Positions 7,756 through 17,061 are shown, counted from the stretch's first letter. The stretch is 32,019 nt of DNA from Patescibacteria group bacterium (GCA_038065375.1 JBBTRE010000069.1:1-32019); one strand, 5' to 3'. Numbers and translations are program-made. Notes: generated by a model from the letters alone, not told the origin.

Positions 7756-10380
7756 ATGCCATCATTTAACCGTTTCACTATCCGAGCTCAAGAAGCGCTT
7801 CAAAGCGCTCAAGAATTAGCCGCGCAGAGAAGCCATGGAGAGTTTCGGGTCCTCCATCTTTTGCACGCGTTATTACAAGACGAACAAACGCTCGTCCGCC
7901 CTATTTTAATTAAAGCGGGAATTAATGTTGAGACCTTACAGCGGGAAATAGAGTCCGAGATGAAGAAAATGCCGAAAATAGTTACCGCCGCCAGCGTCGG
8001 TCAGCTTTATCTTTCACCGGAATTGATGCAGGTGCTGGAAAAAGCCGGAAAGATAGCTATTTCCCAGAAAGATGAGTTCATTTCTTGCGAGCATCTGCTT
8101 TTAAGCATCATGGATGCTTCTTCTGCCGCTCAAAAACTTCTGGAGAAATTCGGTTTGAAGCGGGATTTGGCTTTCCGGGTGCTGGCGCAACTACGCGGGT
8201 CCACCCGGATTACCGATGAAACTCCGGAAAGCAAATTTCAGGTTTTGGAGAAATACGCGGTTAACTTAACCGAAAGGGCCCGCGACGGGAAGTTGGATCC
8301 GGTAATCGGGCGGCAAGAGGAATTGAAGCGTTTAATCCAAGTTTTAAGCCGTCGCACCAAAAACAATCCGGTTTTAATCGGCGAGTCCGGTGTGGGCAAG
8401 ACGGCGATCGTTGAAGGTCTGGCTCAAAGGATTGTGACGGGCGACGTTCCGGAGACTTTGAAAGATAAGGAGATTATTATGCTTGATCTGGGATCATTGA
8501 TCGCAGGCACAAAGTTTCGTGGAGAATTTGAAGATCGTCTGAAAGCTTTCGTAAAAGAGATTCAGAATGCCGCAGGCCGGCTAATCTTATTCATAGACGA
8601 GATACATATGATAGTAGGCGCCGGCGCGGCCGAGGGCGCGATTGATGCCTCAAATCTCTTAAAGCCGGCTTTGGCGCGCGGAGAGTTGCACGCGATCGGA
8701 GCGACCACGATTCGGGAGTATCAGCGGCATATTGAGAAGGATCCGGCTTTAGAGCGGCGCTTCCAGCCGATTATGGTGGAGGAGCCGAATACTGATGACG
8801 CCGTGGCTATTTTGCGCGGCCTGAAAGAGAAATATGAAATGCATCATGGATTGCAAATAAGCGATGAAGCCATCACCGCCGCCGTAAATTTGTCCGCCCG
8901 CTATATTACCGATCGGTTTTTGCCCGATAAAGCCGTAGATTTAATAGATGAAGCGGCGGCGGCTCGCCGGCTGGAGACGGAGAGCTTACCTTCCGAGTTG
9001 GATAAAGTCCGACGGGAGATCACCAAGTTGGAAATAGAGCAATCAGCCATATCCCAGGAGTCATCGCCTAAGACTAAGAGCCGTATAAAGGCGATTAACT
9101 CGGCAATCGCTAAATTAAAAGAGAAGAACGATGATTTGTCCGCGTCTTGGCACGCGGAGAAGCTGGCGTTTGAAGGTTTGCACAATCTACGCAAAAAAAT
9201 AGATGATCTTAAGCGTCAAGCGGAATTAGCCGAGAGAGAGGGGGATTTGGAGGCCGTAGCCCAAATTATATACGGCAGCTTGCCTCAAGCGGAGAAAGAT
9301 TATAAGAATTTTACCAGGAGGCATTCAAAATCTTCCAAGAACGCGGGATTTATTAAAGAAATTGTGGATGCGGAAGACATTGCCGCTGTGGTTTCCCGTT
9401 GGACCGGGATCCCCGTCAGTCGGATGTTAGAGTCCGAAGCCAGGAAGCTTTCTAGGATTGAAGATGCTCTGACTAAGCGGGTTGTAGGTCAGGAAGACGC
9501 GATCGGAGCGGTTTCTAATGCTTTGCGCAGGGCTCGGGCCGGATTATCCGATGAAAATCGTCCATTCGGTTCCTTTATGTTTCTTGGTCCGACCGGTGTC
9601 GGCAAGACCGAGCTGGCCAAGGCATTGGCCGAATTTATGTTTAATGATGATAAGGCGCTTATCCGGATTGATATGTCGGAATATATGGAGAAGCATTCCG
9701 TGGCCCGCCTAATCGGTTCTCCTCCGGGCTATGTTGGCTTTGAGGATGGCGGGCAGTTAACGGAGTTGGTCCGGCATCGCCCATATAGCTTGATTTTGTT
9801 TGATGAAATTGAGAAGGCCCACCCCGAAGTTTTCAACATCCTGCTTCAAATCCTGGACAATGGGCGTCTGACTGACAGCAAGGGGAAGGTGATCAATTTC
9901 AAGAATTCTATTATTTTACTGACCTCCAATGTCGGCAGCCAGTATTTTAAAGCAATGGCCGGAATGGGTTTTTCCGGAGCGTCTGACTCAAAAGAAGGCC
10001 CCCAAGAAGAGGATTTCAGAGGCAAGGTCTTAGATTCCTTAAAGCGGACTTTTAAGCCGGAGTTTTTGAATCGGTTGGATGAAGCTATCATTTTCCATCC
10101 ATTAACCAGGAAGGATATCGCGAAGATTGTGGATTTGCAGATTGAGAAAGTCAGGGAGCGTTTGAAGGATAGGAGTATCGTCCTGAATGTCGAGCCGGCA
10201 GCCCGCCAGTATATAGTAGAGAACGGATTTGATTCGGAATATGGAGCTAGGCCCATTAAACGGCTTATTCAGAAGGTGATTTTGGATAAATTGGCCGACA
10301 AAATTATTGGCGGTGAGATTAAAGATGGAGACAAAGTTAAAATCGATTTTTCTCAATCCACAATTAAGGTTAGCGTTTAA
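7756..10380 (+). CDS. clpB: ATP-dependent chaperone ClpB
   Basis: Clp N-domain, two AAA+ modules ([14 protein letters not shown]; [18 protein letters not shown]), long coiled-coil M domain, GARPIKR. ATG 7756 preferred over TTG 7750. Confidence 0.95.
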   Translation: MPSFNRFTIRAQEALQSAQELAAQRSHGEFRVLHLLHALLQDEQTLVRPILIKAGINVETLQREIESEMKKMPKIVTAASVGQLYLSPELMQVLEKAGKIAISQKDEFISCEHLLLSIMDASSAAQKLLEKFGLKRDLAFRVLAQLRGSTRITDETPESKFQVLEKYAVNLTERARDGKLDPVIGRQEELKRLIQVLSRRTKNNPVLIGESGVGKTAIVEGLAQRIVTGDVPETLKDKEIIMLDLGSLIAGTKFRGEFEDRLKAFVKEIQNAAGRLILFIDEIHMIVGAGAAEGAIDASNLLKPALARGELHAIGATTIREYQRHIEKDPALERRFQPIMVEEPNTDDAVAILRGLKEKYEMHHGLQISDEAITAAVNLSARYITDRFLPDKAVDLIDEAAAARRLETESLPSELDKVRREITKLEIEQSAISQESSPKTKSRIKAINSAIAKLKEKNDDLSASWHAEKLAFEGLHNLRKKIDDLKRQAELAEREGDLEAVAQIIYGSLPQAEKDYKNFTRRHSKSSKNAGFIKEIVDAEDIAAVVSRWTGIPVSRMLESEARKLSRIEDALTKRVVGQEDAIGAVSNALRRARAGLSDENRPFGSFMFLGPTGVGKTELAKALAEFMFNDDKALIRIDMSEYMEKHSVARLIGSPPGYVGFEDGGQLTELVRHRPYSLILFDEIEKAHPEVFNILLQILDNGRLTDSKGKVINFKNSIILLTSNVGSQYFKAMAGMGFSGASDSKEGPQEEDFRGKVLDSLKRTFKPEFLNRLDEAIIFHPLTRKDIAKIVDLQIEKVRERLKDRSIVLNVEPAARQYIVENGFDSEYGARPIKRLIQKVILDKLADKIIGGEIKDGDKVKIDFSQSTIKVSV

Positions 10381-11035
10381 AGCTACCCTATTCTTGGGAT
10401 TTTTGATTCTGGCCCGGTTGGGCGGTTTTTCTCTGATCTCAACCACGATCTTTATTGCCGGCGCCGGTGTTTTGTATGCTCGGCCGCTTTTCCGGACAGT
10501 GGAGAAGTTAGGAGATTTCCTGGTGTTGGTATTTAGCGCGGTGGTCTTCAACTTGGTTTTCATTGACTCTCTGGACTTCTTCTTTTCCGCCGTCTACTAC
10601 TCATTACTTTTTTTCCTTCTCGTCGGTGTTAAAGACCTGATTTTGATAAATCGGGGTTTTTGGTCGCTCGTCTTGAATTTCGGCTTGGCTTACCCGATTT
10701 TTCTGATCTTCTTTCAAGGCAATTTTGCAGGAGTCTGGTGGAAGCCGCTAGTTCTGTTTTTGCTGACTATCTTGTTAATTAAAGATGCCCTAAAAAAGAA
10801 TGGGTTAGCGGCTCCTTTTTCCTTGTTGGTTACCGAGGTCGCTTGGGCGAGCAGTTTTTTGCCAATCGGTTTTATCGGGTTGGCAAATTTAAATTTTCTT
10901 TTTTACGCCACCACCCTCTCACTGCTAGAAGCTAATGAGCGAGGGTTGTTGGATCGAAAAAAGATTCTTTCGCTCCTGTCAGTTTTTACAGTTCTACTGC
11001 TTGCCATACTCGGTCTTTCCGGCTGGAGCTTCTAA
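10325..11035 (+). CDS. Multi-pass membrane protein of unknown function
   Basis: About 8 hydrophobic segments. The first ATG (10325) overlaps the clpB 3' end by 56 nt, so the start is uncertain. Confidence 0.7.
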   Translation: METKLKSIFLNPQLRLAFKATLFLGFLILARLGGFSLISTTIFIAGAGVLYARPLFRTVEKLGDFLVLVFSAVVFNLVFIDSLDFFFSAVYYSLLFFLLVGVKDLILINRGFWSLVLNFGLAYPIFLIFFQGNFAGVWWKPLVLFLLTILLIKDALKKNGLAAPFSLLVTEVAWASSFLPIGFIGLANLNFLFYATTLSLLEANERGLLDRKKILSLLSVFTVLLLAILGLSGWSF

Positions 11036-11047
11036 CAAAGCGAGCCC

Positions 11048-11076
11048 TTGATACTTATTAATCGGTTCGCTAAACT
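11048..11076 (+). promoter_or_regulatory. Sigma70 promoter of the wHTH gene
   Basis: TTGATA(11048-11053)-17 nt-TAAACT(11071-11076), 10 nt before ATG 11087. Confidence 0.55.
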
Positions 11077-11086
11077 GGGTATCATT

Positions 11087-11788
11087 ATGTCGTTGGACCA
11101 AAAATCAGTAGAAATTTGTTACGCATTGGTTCGGATTGCGGCGCAGATTCGCCGAGTAGAATTACGGAGCCGAATTGAAAAGCAGGCCTTCGCTTTTTTG
11201 GAGAATGTATCATCCGGAGACTTTCACCATGCCCTAGAAAACAGCTCCGCCATATCCGCGCTTCTTAAGATGGGCCAAGCTTTATATGAGATTGAGTCCG
11301 TAAATTCCTCTGTTATCGGCGGAGAGCTAGAATTCGTTAATGCGGCAATGCGGCAATCGCTCGGGTTGGACGGTTTGCCGGATTGGCAAAAAATATTTCC
11401 GGAAAGCGGCAATTCAAAGAATCAACCTGGCAATGCGGCAAATAATTCGGCAATGACTAGATCTATGAGCGATCTTCGCCCACCTAGACCAGCTGTTCCG
11501 ATGGTTTCAGGCGGCAATGGGCATCAAGCTCTGACTGATGCTGTCTCTACAGAGATCAACGGCTCTAATGGCAATGGCTTTGCGGCAACAATGCGGCAAT
11601 CGGCAATTTTAGAAAAAATCCGGCAATCTCCTGATGGCCAGACCCAGTTGAAAGACATCATTGCCGCATTCCCGGAAACCAGCGAAAGAACGATGCGTTA
11701 CGACCTACAAAAACTGTGTAGCCAAGGTCTGGTTGATCGGGTGGGAAGTGGGGGCCCAGGAAGCTATTACGCGCTGCGTAATAAATAA
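11087..11788 (+). CDS. Protein with N-terminal helical-bundle region, disordered linker and C-terminal DeoR-type winged HTH
   Basis: C-terminus RQSAILEKIRQ...LKDIIAAFPETSERTMRYDLQKLCSQGLVDRVG matches the DeoR-like pattern (SxxTxRRDL). Start set at ATG 11087 because a promoter lies over the TTG at 11048. Confidence 0.75.
   Translation: MSLDQKSVEICYALVRIAAQIRRVELRSRIEKQAFAFLENVSSGDFHHALENSSAISALLKMGQALYEIESVNSSVIGGELEFVNAAMRQSLGLDGLPDWQKIFPESGNSKNQPGNAANNSAMTRSMSDLRPPRPAVPMVSGGNGHQALTDAVSTEINGSNGNGFAATMRQSAILEKIRQSPDGQTQLKDIIAAFPETSERTMRYDLQKLCSQGLVDRVGSGGPGSYYALRNK
11342..11667. repeat. Cluster of YGGCAA(T) motifs inside the wHTH gene
   Basis: CGGCAA at 11343, 11351, 11407, 11436, 11448, 11512, 11583, 11594, 11601, 11621. 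Reverse TTGCCG at 11375 and 11661. TGGCAA at 11384, 11428, 11569. Confidence 0.85.
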
Positions 11789-11885
11789 GAATTAGCCTCG
11801 TTATACCCTATGTAATGACTTTGTGTGAGGCTCAGTCATTCCAGGGTTAATTAGGGTTATTTTAGTAGTATCCACCTGGATAAGC

Positions 11886-11910
11886 CTCCCACAATTGGGA
11901 GAGTTTTTTT
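11886..11910 (+). terminator. Intrinsic terminator-like hairpin between the wHTH and S-layer-like genes
   Basis: ctccca-caat-tgggag followed by agttttttt. Confidence 0.6.
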
Positions 11911-12080
11911 ATTCCTCACGATAAAGAACTCAAACTCGTTACATAGTAGTAGTTCGTAATAAAGATTGGTTTTCTGTTCTTGGTCGACTCTTCTTTGCGA
12001 AAGCATGGGGGAATGAATGGGGAACAATTTAGTAGATAAAATAATAAATAATAAATAATAAATTAATTGTTAGTAAAAAA

Positions 12081-15000
12081 ATGGGAAATAATATAACAAA
12101 GAAAATTGCTTCAATCGCCGTTTCCGCGGCTACCGTTGCATGGCTTTCGGGCTTTTCTATGTTGGTTCCTGTCGCTCACGCGCAGACCAGCTTGCAAGCC
12201 CAAATAGATGCTTTGTTAGCTCAGATCGCCGCACTACAAGCCCAGTTGGCTACTCCAAGTGCTAGCTCTTCCGCCGCCTGCAGTTTTACTAAGGACCTCA
12301 CCCTTGGTTCCACTGGAGATGACGTAAAGTGCTTGCAGCAATACTTGAATGGCGCTGGTCATCAAGTGTCGGCTAGTGGCGCTGGTTCTCCTGGTAGCGA
12401 GAGCACTTATTTTGGTGCAAAAACCCAAGCTGCGGTTGCCAAATGGCAGGCCGCTAATGGCGTTGCTCCGGCTGCTGGATACTTCGGCAAAATTTCTAGA
12501 GCTAAATATTCATCGTTAGCAGCTGCGGCTCCTGCCCCAGCTCCTGCCCCAGCTCCTGGGACTCCAGCTCCGGTTCCTGCCGGCTCTGGTTTAACTGTTA
12601 CTTTGGCTGCTGATCAGCCAGCTTCCGGTCTTTTTGGCGAATCATTCTCTAGCCGGCCGTTCACGAAGTTAACTCTTCGCGCTTCAGCTGACGGAGATGT
12701 TATCGTTAAGGCTTTAGTGGTTGAGCGTCAGGGTCAAGGCGCTGATGCTGCTTTCTCCGGCGCAATTGGCCTGGATGAAGATAGTATCCGCATGGGTGTT
12801 GCTAAAACTTTTGGCTCTGATCATCGTTTGAGACTAGCCGAGAAGTTCACTGTTAAAGCTGGTCAATCTCGTACCGTCACCCTAGCTGGTGATTCCGACA
12901 GCGACCAAGATGCTTACAATGGACAATTGGTTAGCTTGGCTTTGGTTGGCGTAGAAGTTGAAGGTAGCACCGCGGTCAACGCATCTTTCCCTCTAGCGGG
13001 AAATTTGATGACCGTTAACTCTACTTTGGCTATCGGCAGTATGACTTTGGCTCGTGGCGCGTTAGATCCCGGATCCAGTCAGACAAAAGAAATCGGATCC
13101 GTTAACTACCGCTTCTCCGGTTTGAGGTTAACTGCTGGCGCTAATGAAGATGTGTTAGTTCGCTCCATCAAGTGGAATCAATCCGGTTCTGCTGGTGTTA
13201 GCGACCTAAAAAATGTCAAAGTTGTATTGGATGGTGTAACTTACGAAACCACTCTTAGCAGTGATAATAAGTATTACATCGCTAAGTTTGGCGACGGCGT
13301 TAAAATCTTGAAGGGTCTCAACAAAGAGATGCACCTTTCGGGTGATGTAGCCGACGGTTCTGCCAGAACAGCCGACTTTGATCTGTACCGTTATGCTGAT
13401 TTACGCGCGACTGGTTTGACTTATGGATATGACATCCTGCCTTCAGCTACTGAAGTAGCTGCTAGCGCGGATGATGGTAATTTCCATTCTGCCGAACCGA
13501 ACTTTGATGCTTTCCAAGTCACAATTGGCTCGGGAACTATTGACGCGCAAAACGCTCCGTCCGTTGGAGCGCAGAACGTAGCCGTCAACTTGGCTAACCA
13601 GCCTCTTGGTGGATTTATCGTTGATGTTAAAGGTGAAGACGTTACTGTCGCCGCCATTAACTTTGATGCATCTACCATAGAAAGCGCTGGTACTGGTGGC
13701 ACTATTGACACCAATGACATCACCAATATCACTTTGGTTGATGAAGATGGCAAGGTAGTCGCCGGTCCGGTTGATGGCGTGGCTGGTGGCAATAATGCTA
13801 TCCGCTTCTCCGATACCATTACTTTCAAAGTTGGTCGCAAGGTTTACTCCTTAAAGGGTAAGCTAGGCACTGATTTTGCTAGCAATGATACGGTCGCCGC
13901 TTCTACGACTCCTGGCTCTGATTGGACAACTGTTAAAGGCGTAACCTCGGGTGTAACTATTACCCCGACTCCCGCTAGCGCGGTTACTGGTAGCACGATG
14001 ACTATCAAGGCAGCTTCCTTGACACTCACCGTCAGCCCGGAAACCAACGCTGGTGGTAGCGATGCTAGCTCTACCGCTCAAAACGTGGTGGCTGGTACTT
14101 CCGGTTATGTATTTAGCAAGTATGTGTTAGATGCTAGCGGTTCGGGCGAGGACATTAAGATTACAAGTATGGCTCCTCGTTTGGGTATCAGCGCTGTTAA
14201 TACAGCCGATGATATAACCAATTGCCAAATATTGGATGGCGCTGTTGCTCTCAACACCGGCACTAATATTGTCAATCCGACCAACTCCGCGGCTAGCGCG
14301 GACAACGTTTCTTTTGTCTTTGACACTCCAATGGTCATGGCTAAGGGAACGATCAAGATCTTGTCTATGAAGTGCAACTTGATTTCCGGCGCGGATGCTG
14401 GCCAGCAATGGCGCTGGGGTATCGCTGACGCGGCGGGTAATATGGTTAGCACTGGATCTGTTTCCGGTCAGAGCGTGACCGAAACGATTACCGCTGACAA
14501 CGGTCGCATTATCACTGGTGTTTCTGGTGGAACCTTGACATTAGCTCTTGATTCCTCCAGTCCGTCTGTGAAGCTGGTTACTTCCGGCGCGACAGAGCAG
14601 ACCTTAGCGGTCTTCCGCTTGAATGCGACCAATGAGGATATCCGATTGGATACCATTGGTTTGCAGTTAGCTACTTCAACTACCAACGCTGCCGATGCTA
14701 CCATTGGCAATGCTTCTAACTCTCCGAGCGACTTAAGTAAAATTACTTTGTGGGTCGGAGCCCTGAAGGTTGGTGAAGCGACATTTAGCTCAAGCGATTA
14801 CGCTACCGGTACCTTGTCTGGCGTTACAGTGCCGAAAGATGGTCAAATCCTCCTGACTGTTAAAGGAGATATGGCCAACATCGGTACTAATTTGACTGCC
14901 CGACCTGGTCATTTGGTCGTCATCAACTATGATTCTCAATCTAGCTCTGATGAAACCAATCTTGGCGCTGTTGGTGTGGGTATTTCCTCCGGCACTACGA

Positions 15001-15887
15001 TTGCCGCCGCTGGATCGGACACTGCTTCTTCCGGTGGTCGCTTGGTGAGAACCGTTCCGACCGTTGAAAGAATTGCATTGGCTAGCGCTACGTTGGCTAA
15101 CGGCGCGAAAGACCTGTTCAAGTTCAAAGTTACCGCCCCCGCGGGTGGCAACGGTGTGGGCTTGTACAAGTTCACTTTCGATGTCGCTACTTCGACTGGC
15201 GTCGCCTTGGATAACAGCCAGGACAACGTGTCCGGCTTCCGAATCAATGACTTCATCGTCAAATGTTACTCGGATGCCGCTTTCAGCTCTGCCTCTTGTG
15301 GCTCGGCTGATGGTTCTGGTCAGTTGAACAGTGGTACTTTCGCTACTTCTTCACCGCATGAAGATTCGGCAGGTAGCCGTTCCGGATTGGATCTAACAAA
15401 CGATACTGATCAGCCTAGTATTGTTGAGGTTTACTTCAACCCGGCGAACACCGCTGATACCACCCAAGACGAGACCGCTGATCCTTCTGAAGCGATCCGC
15501 GTCCCGGCTGGTGATTCTCGTTGGTTCGTCTTGAGCGCGACGATCATTGGTTCCGGTACGACTTCTCCGCAGGTCAGCACCAAACTTCTTGGTGATGGTC
15601 AGTGGTTGAAGGTTCGGTACACTCCGAATGATCTGTCCACCACGGGCGACAGCGATGATGGCACCACTGACGAAGATGTAACAAGCGCCGGTAACAACTG
15701 GACGACTGGCAGGTATGTCTTCGCGACTACCGCCACTCGGGTTGACACTGGTGATGACGACAACTTCATCTGGTCTCCGAATTCCACGAATACTAGCCAG
15801 AGCAATGCAGACTATGATTGGCTCAACGGCTTCTTGATTCCTGGATTGCCGACCGGTGGAACCTCGGCTCAAACGTTAACTCTCTAA
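12081..15887 (+). CDS. Large secreted S-layer-like surface protein with a peptidoglycan-binding domain
   Basis: Signal peptide ending AHA, short coiled coil (LQAQIDALLAQIAALQAQL), PG_binding_1-like domain (DLTLGSTGDDVKCLQQYLN...YFGAKTQAAVAKWQ...GYFGKISR), Ala-Pro linker, then ~1100 aa of S/T/G/A/D-rich beta-type sequence. Heavy GCT/GGT/ACT/GTT codon use suggests high expression. Confidence 0.75.
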   Translation: MGNNITKKIASIAVSAATVAWLSGFSMLVPVAHAQTSLQAQIDALLAQIAALQAQLATPSASSSAACSFTKDLTLGSTGDDVKCLQQYLNGAGHQVSASGAGSPGSESTYFGAKTQAAVAKWQAANGVAPAAGYFGKISRAKYSSLAAAAPAPAPAPAPGTPAPVPAGSGLTVTLAADQPASGLFGESFSSRPFTKLTLRASADGDVIVKALVVERQGQGADAAFSGAIGLDEDSIRMGVAKTFGSDHRLRLAEKFTVKAGQSRTVTLAGDSDSDQDAYNGQLVSLALVGVEVEGSTAVNASFPLAGNLMTVNSTLAIGSMTLARGALDPGSSQTKEIGSVNYRFSGLRLTAGANEDVLVRSIKWNQSGSAGVSDLKNVKVVLDGVTYETTLSSDNKYYIAKFGDGVKILKGLNKEMHLSGDVADGSARTADFDLYRYADLRATGLTYGYDILPSATEVAASADDGNFHSAEPNFDAFQVTIGSGTIDAQNAPSVGAQNVAVNLANQPLGGFIVDVKGEDVTVAAINFDASTIESAGTGGTIDTNDITNITLVDEDGKVVAGPVDGVAGGNNAIRFSDTITFKVGRKVYSLKGKLGTDFASNDTVAASTTPGSDWTTVKGVTSGVTITPTPASAVTGSTMTIKAASLTLTVSPETNAGGSDASSTAQNVVAGTSGYVFSKYVLDASGSGEDIKITSMAPRLGISAVNTADDITNCQILDGAVALNTGTNIVNPTNSAASADNVSFVFDTPMVMAKGTIKILSMKCNLISGADAGQQWRWGIADAAGNMVSTGSVSGQSVTETITADNGRIITGVSGGTLTLALDSSSPSVKLVTSGATEQTLAVFRLNATNEDIRLDTIGLQLATSTTNAADATIGNASNSPSDLSKITLWVGALKVGEATFSSSDYATGTLSGVTVPKDGQILLTVKGDMANIGTNLTARPGHLVVINYDSQSSSDETNLGAVGVGISSGTTIAAAGSDTASSGGRLVRTVPTVERIALASATLANGAKDLFKFKVTAPAGGNGVGLYKFTFDVATSTGVALDNSQDNVSGFRINDFIVKCYSDAAFSSASCGSADGSGQLNSGTFATSSPHEDSAGSRSGLDLTNDTDQPSIVEVYFNPANTADTTQDETADPSEAIRVPAGDSRWFVLSATIIGSGTTSPQVSTKLLGDGQWLKVRYTPNDLSTTGDSDDGTTDEDVTSAGNNWTTGRYVFATTATRVDTGDDDNFIWSPNSTNTSQSNADYDWLNGFLIPGLPTGGTSAQTLTL
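12528..12558 (+). repeat. 12-nt tandem repeat encoding the Ala-Pro linker
   Basis: gctcctgcccca x2 plus a partial copy. Confidence 0.8.
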
Positions 15888-15909
15888 GACTTGAGACTTA
15901 GAAGGTTAG

Positions 15910-15947
15910 GCAAATCCCCCCGCTTGAAAAAGCGGGGGTTTTGCTTT
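15910..15947 (+). terminator. Intrinsic terminator after the S-layer-like gene
   Basis: gcaaatccccccgct-tgaaaa-agcgggggttttgcttt. Confidence 0.8.
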
Positions 15948-15952
15948 AGAAT
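15924..15952 (+). promoter_or_regulatory. Sigma70 promoter of the TPR gene, overlapping the terminator
   Basis: TTGAAA(15924-15929)-17 nt-TAGAAT(15947-15952), 8 nt before ATG 15961. Confidence 0.6.
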
Positions 15953-15960
15953 AGGTAATT

Positions 15961-16761
15961 ATGAGAAAGCAAATCTTTCTGATTGGTCTGAGCGTCATCG
16001 CAATTATTGGAGGAGGAACGGGAATTTATTTCGGGATTTTTAATGGCTATCAAGAACCAGAGCCAATCGCCGATAACTTACCGATTGCTTCAAGTACGCC
16101 AGTAAATACTGAAAATCCTGCCGGCAGTCAGACAGTAGAAAATAAGACACCCAAATATAAAGGCCAGGCCTTGCGGGCTATTGGCAATGACCAGGCAATT
16201 AAAGATTTTACCCCTGAAGTTGTCGCTATGAAAAAGGCGGAATTGCAGAAATTTGCCGCGCTTGCCGAAAAAGATTCTTCCGATACTCTTGCCTGGTTGA
16301 AAATTTCGGAGATCAAAAAGTTCTTCAATAATTATCAGGGATCAGCTGATGCCCTGGAGTATCTGAAGTTGCTCGCTCCGGATGACTTCATTGTCAATCT
16401 TAATCTCGGCAATTTATATGGTTTTTATCTTAAGGACTACAAAAAAGCGGAAGATAATTTCCAAAATGCCATGAATCACAGCGGCGGCGCCCAACTGGCG
16501 ACGGCCATTTCTTCGTTAGCGGACATGTATAAAGATTTTTATAAAGTAAAATATGATCAAGTTGATAATTTGTTGTTGCTTGGCATAGAAACCATGCCCG
16601 ATGATACGAATCTAGTTATAAAATTGGCTTTTTACTACAAGGAGGCCGGCAACAAAGAGGGAGCGATCCAGTCTTTTGAACGGCTTTTATCTATGCAGGG
16701 TTTAACCGGGGCGCAACAGAAGGCCTTTGAAGACGAAATAGCAGCGCTCAAACAATCCTAA
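15961..16761 (+). CDS. Membrane-anchored TPR-repeat protein
   Basis: N-terminal TM helix; TPR-like units (NLNLGNLYGFYLKDYKKAEDNFQNAM; KLAFYYKEAGNKEGAIQSFERLL). Confidence 0.8.
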   Translation: MRKQIFLIGLSVIAIIGGGTGIYFGIFNGYQEPEPIADNLPIASSTPVNTENPAGSQTVENKTPKYKGQALRAIGNDQAIKDFTPEVVAMKKAELQKFAALAEKDSSDTLAWLKISEIKKFFNNYQGSADALEYLKLLAPDDFIVNLNLGNLYGFYLKDYKKAEDNFQNAMNHSGGAQLATAISSLADMYKDFYKVKYDQVDNLLLLGIETMPDDTNLVIKLAFYYKEAGNKEGAIQSFERLLSMQGLTGAQQKAFEDEIAALKQS

Positions 16762-16818
16762 GAACTTCGAAATCTCCGCCATAACTCAAAATTGGTCTTA
16801 TCCCCCTTCTTTCCTTTC

Positions 16819-16862
16819 CCTACTCCAGTAATATACGCCATGGCGTATATTACTGGAGTAGG
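16819..16862. repeat. 44-bp perfect palindrome with no spacer
   Basis: cctactccagtaatatacgcca|tggcgtatattactggagtagg is its own reverse complement. Confidence 0.95.
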
Positions 16863-16886
16863 TGGGGGTCTGCAACATCTCCCGAT

Positions 16887-17034
16887 CGTCATTGCGAGTA
16901 TTGATTACGTCCGTCATTGCGAGCGAAGCGCGGCAATCTAACCGAAAAGCTATTTATAGATAGCGCTAATGTATGATTGTCTCGCTATGCGAGATCTGGC
17001 GTAGCCATGACCACGAGATTACCCTCGCAATTAC
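16887..17034. repeat. Degenerate REP-like palindromic element (gtcattgcgag...gcaatc / gattg...ctcgcaat family)
   Basis: cgtcattgcgag occurs twice (16887-16898, 16912-16923), followed by cgaagcgcggcaatc. The complementary end ctcgcaattac is at 17024-17034. Confidence 0.6.
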
Positions 17035-17061
17035 AGAATAGCGGGTTTTATAATTCAGAGC

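Noticed and set aside
11342-11667. CRISPR array
   Set aside because: The motifs are only 6-8 nt, irregularly spaced and inside a CDS. There are no cas genes or repeat-spacer structure anywhere in the window.
12234-15872. Multiple minus-strand ORFs within the S-layer-like gene and similar short ORFs inside other genes
   Set aside because: They are antisense open frames caused by codon bias and contain no motifs.
12081-15887. About 14 N-x-S/T sequons in the S-layer-like protein as evidence of N-glycosylation
   Set aside because: The protein is very Ser/Thr/Asn-rich, so this count is not obviously above chance.
16758-16941. Two tiny divergent ORFs starting at the palindrome centre (MAYITGVG...)
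   Set aside because: They are a by-product of the CATG-centred palindrome, 27 and 33 aa long, with no initiation signal or recognisable motif.
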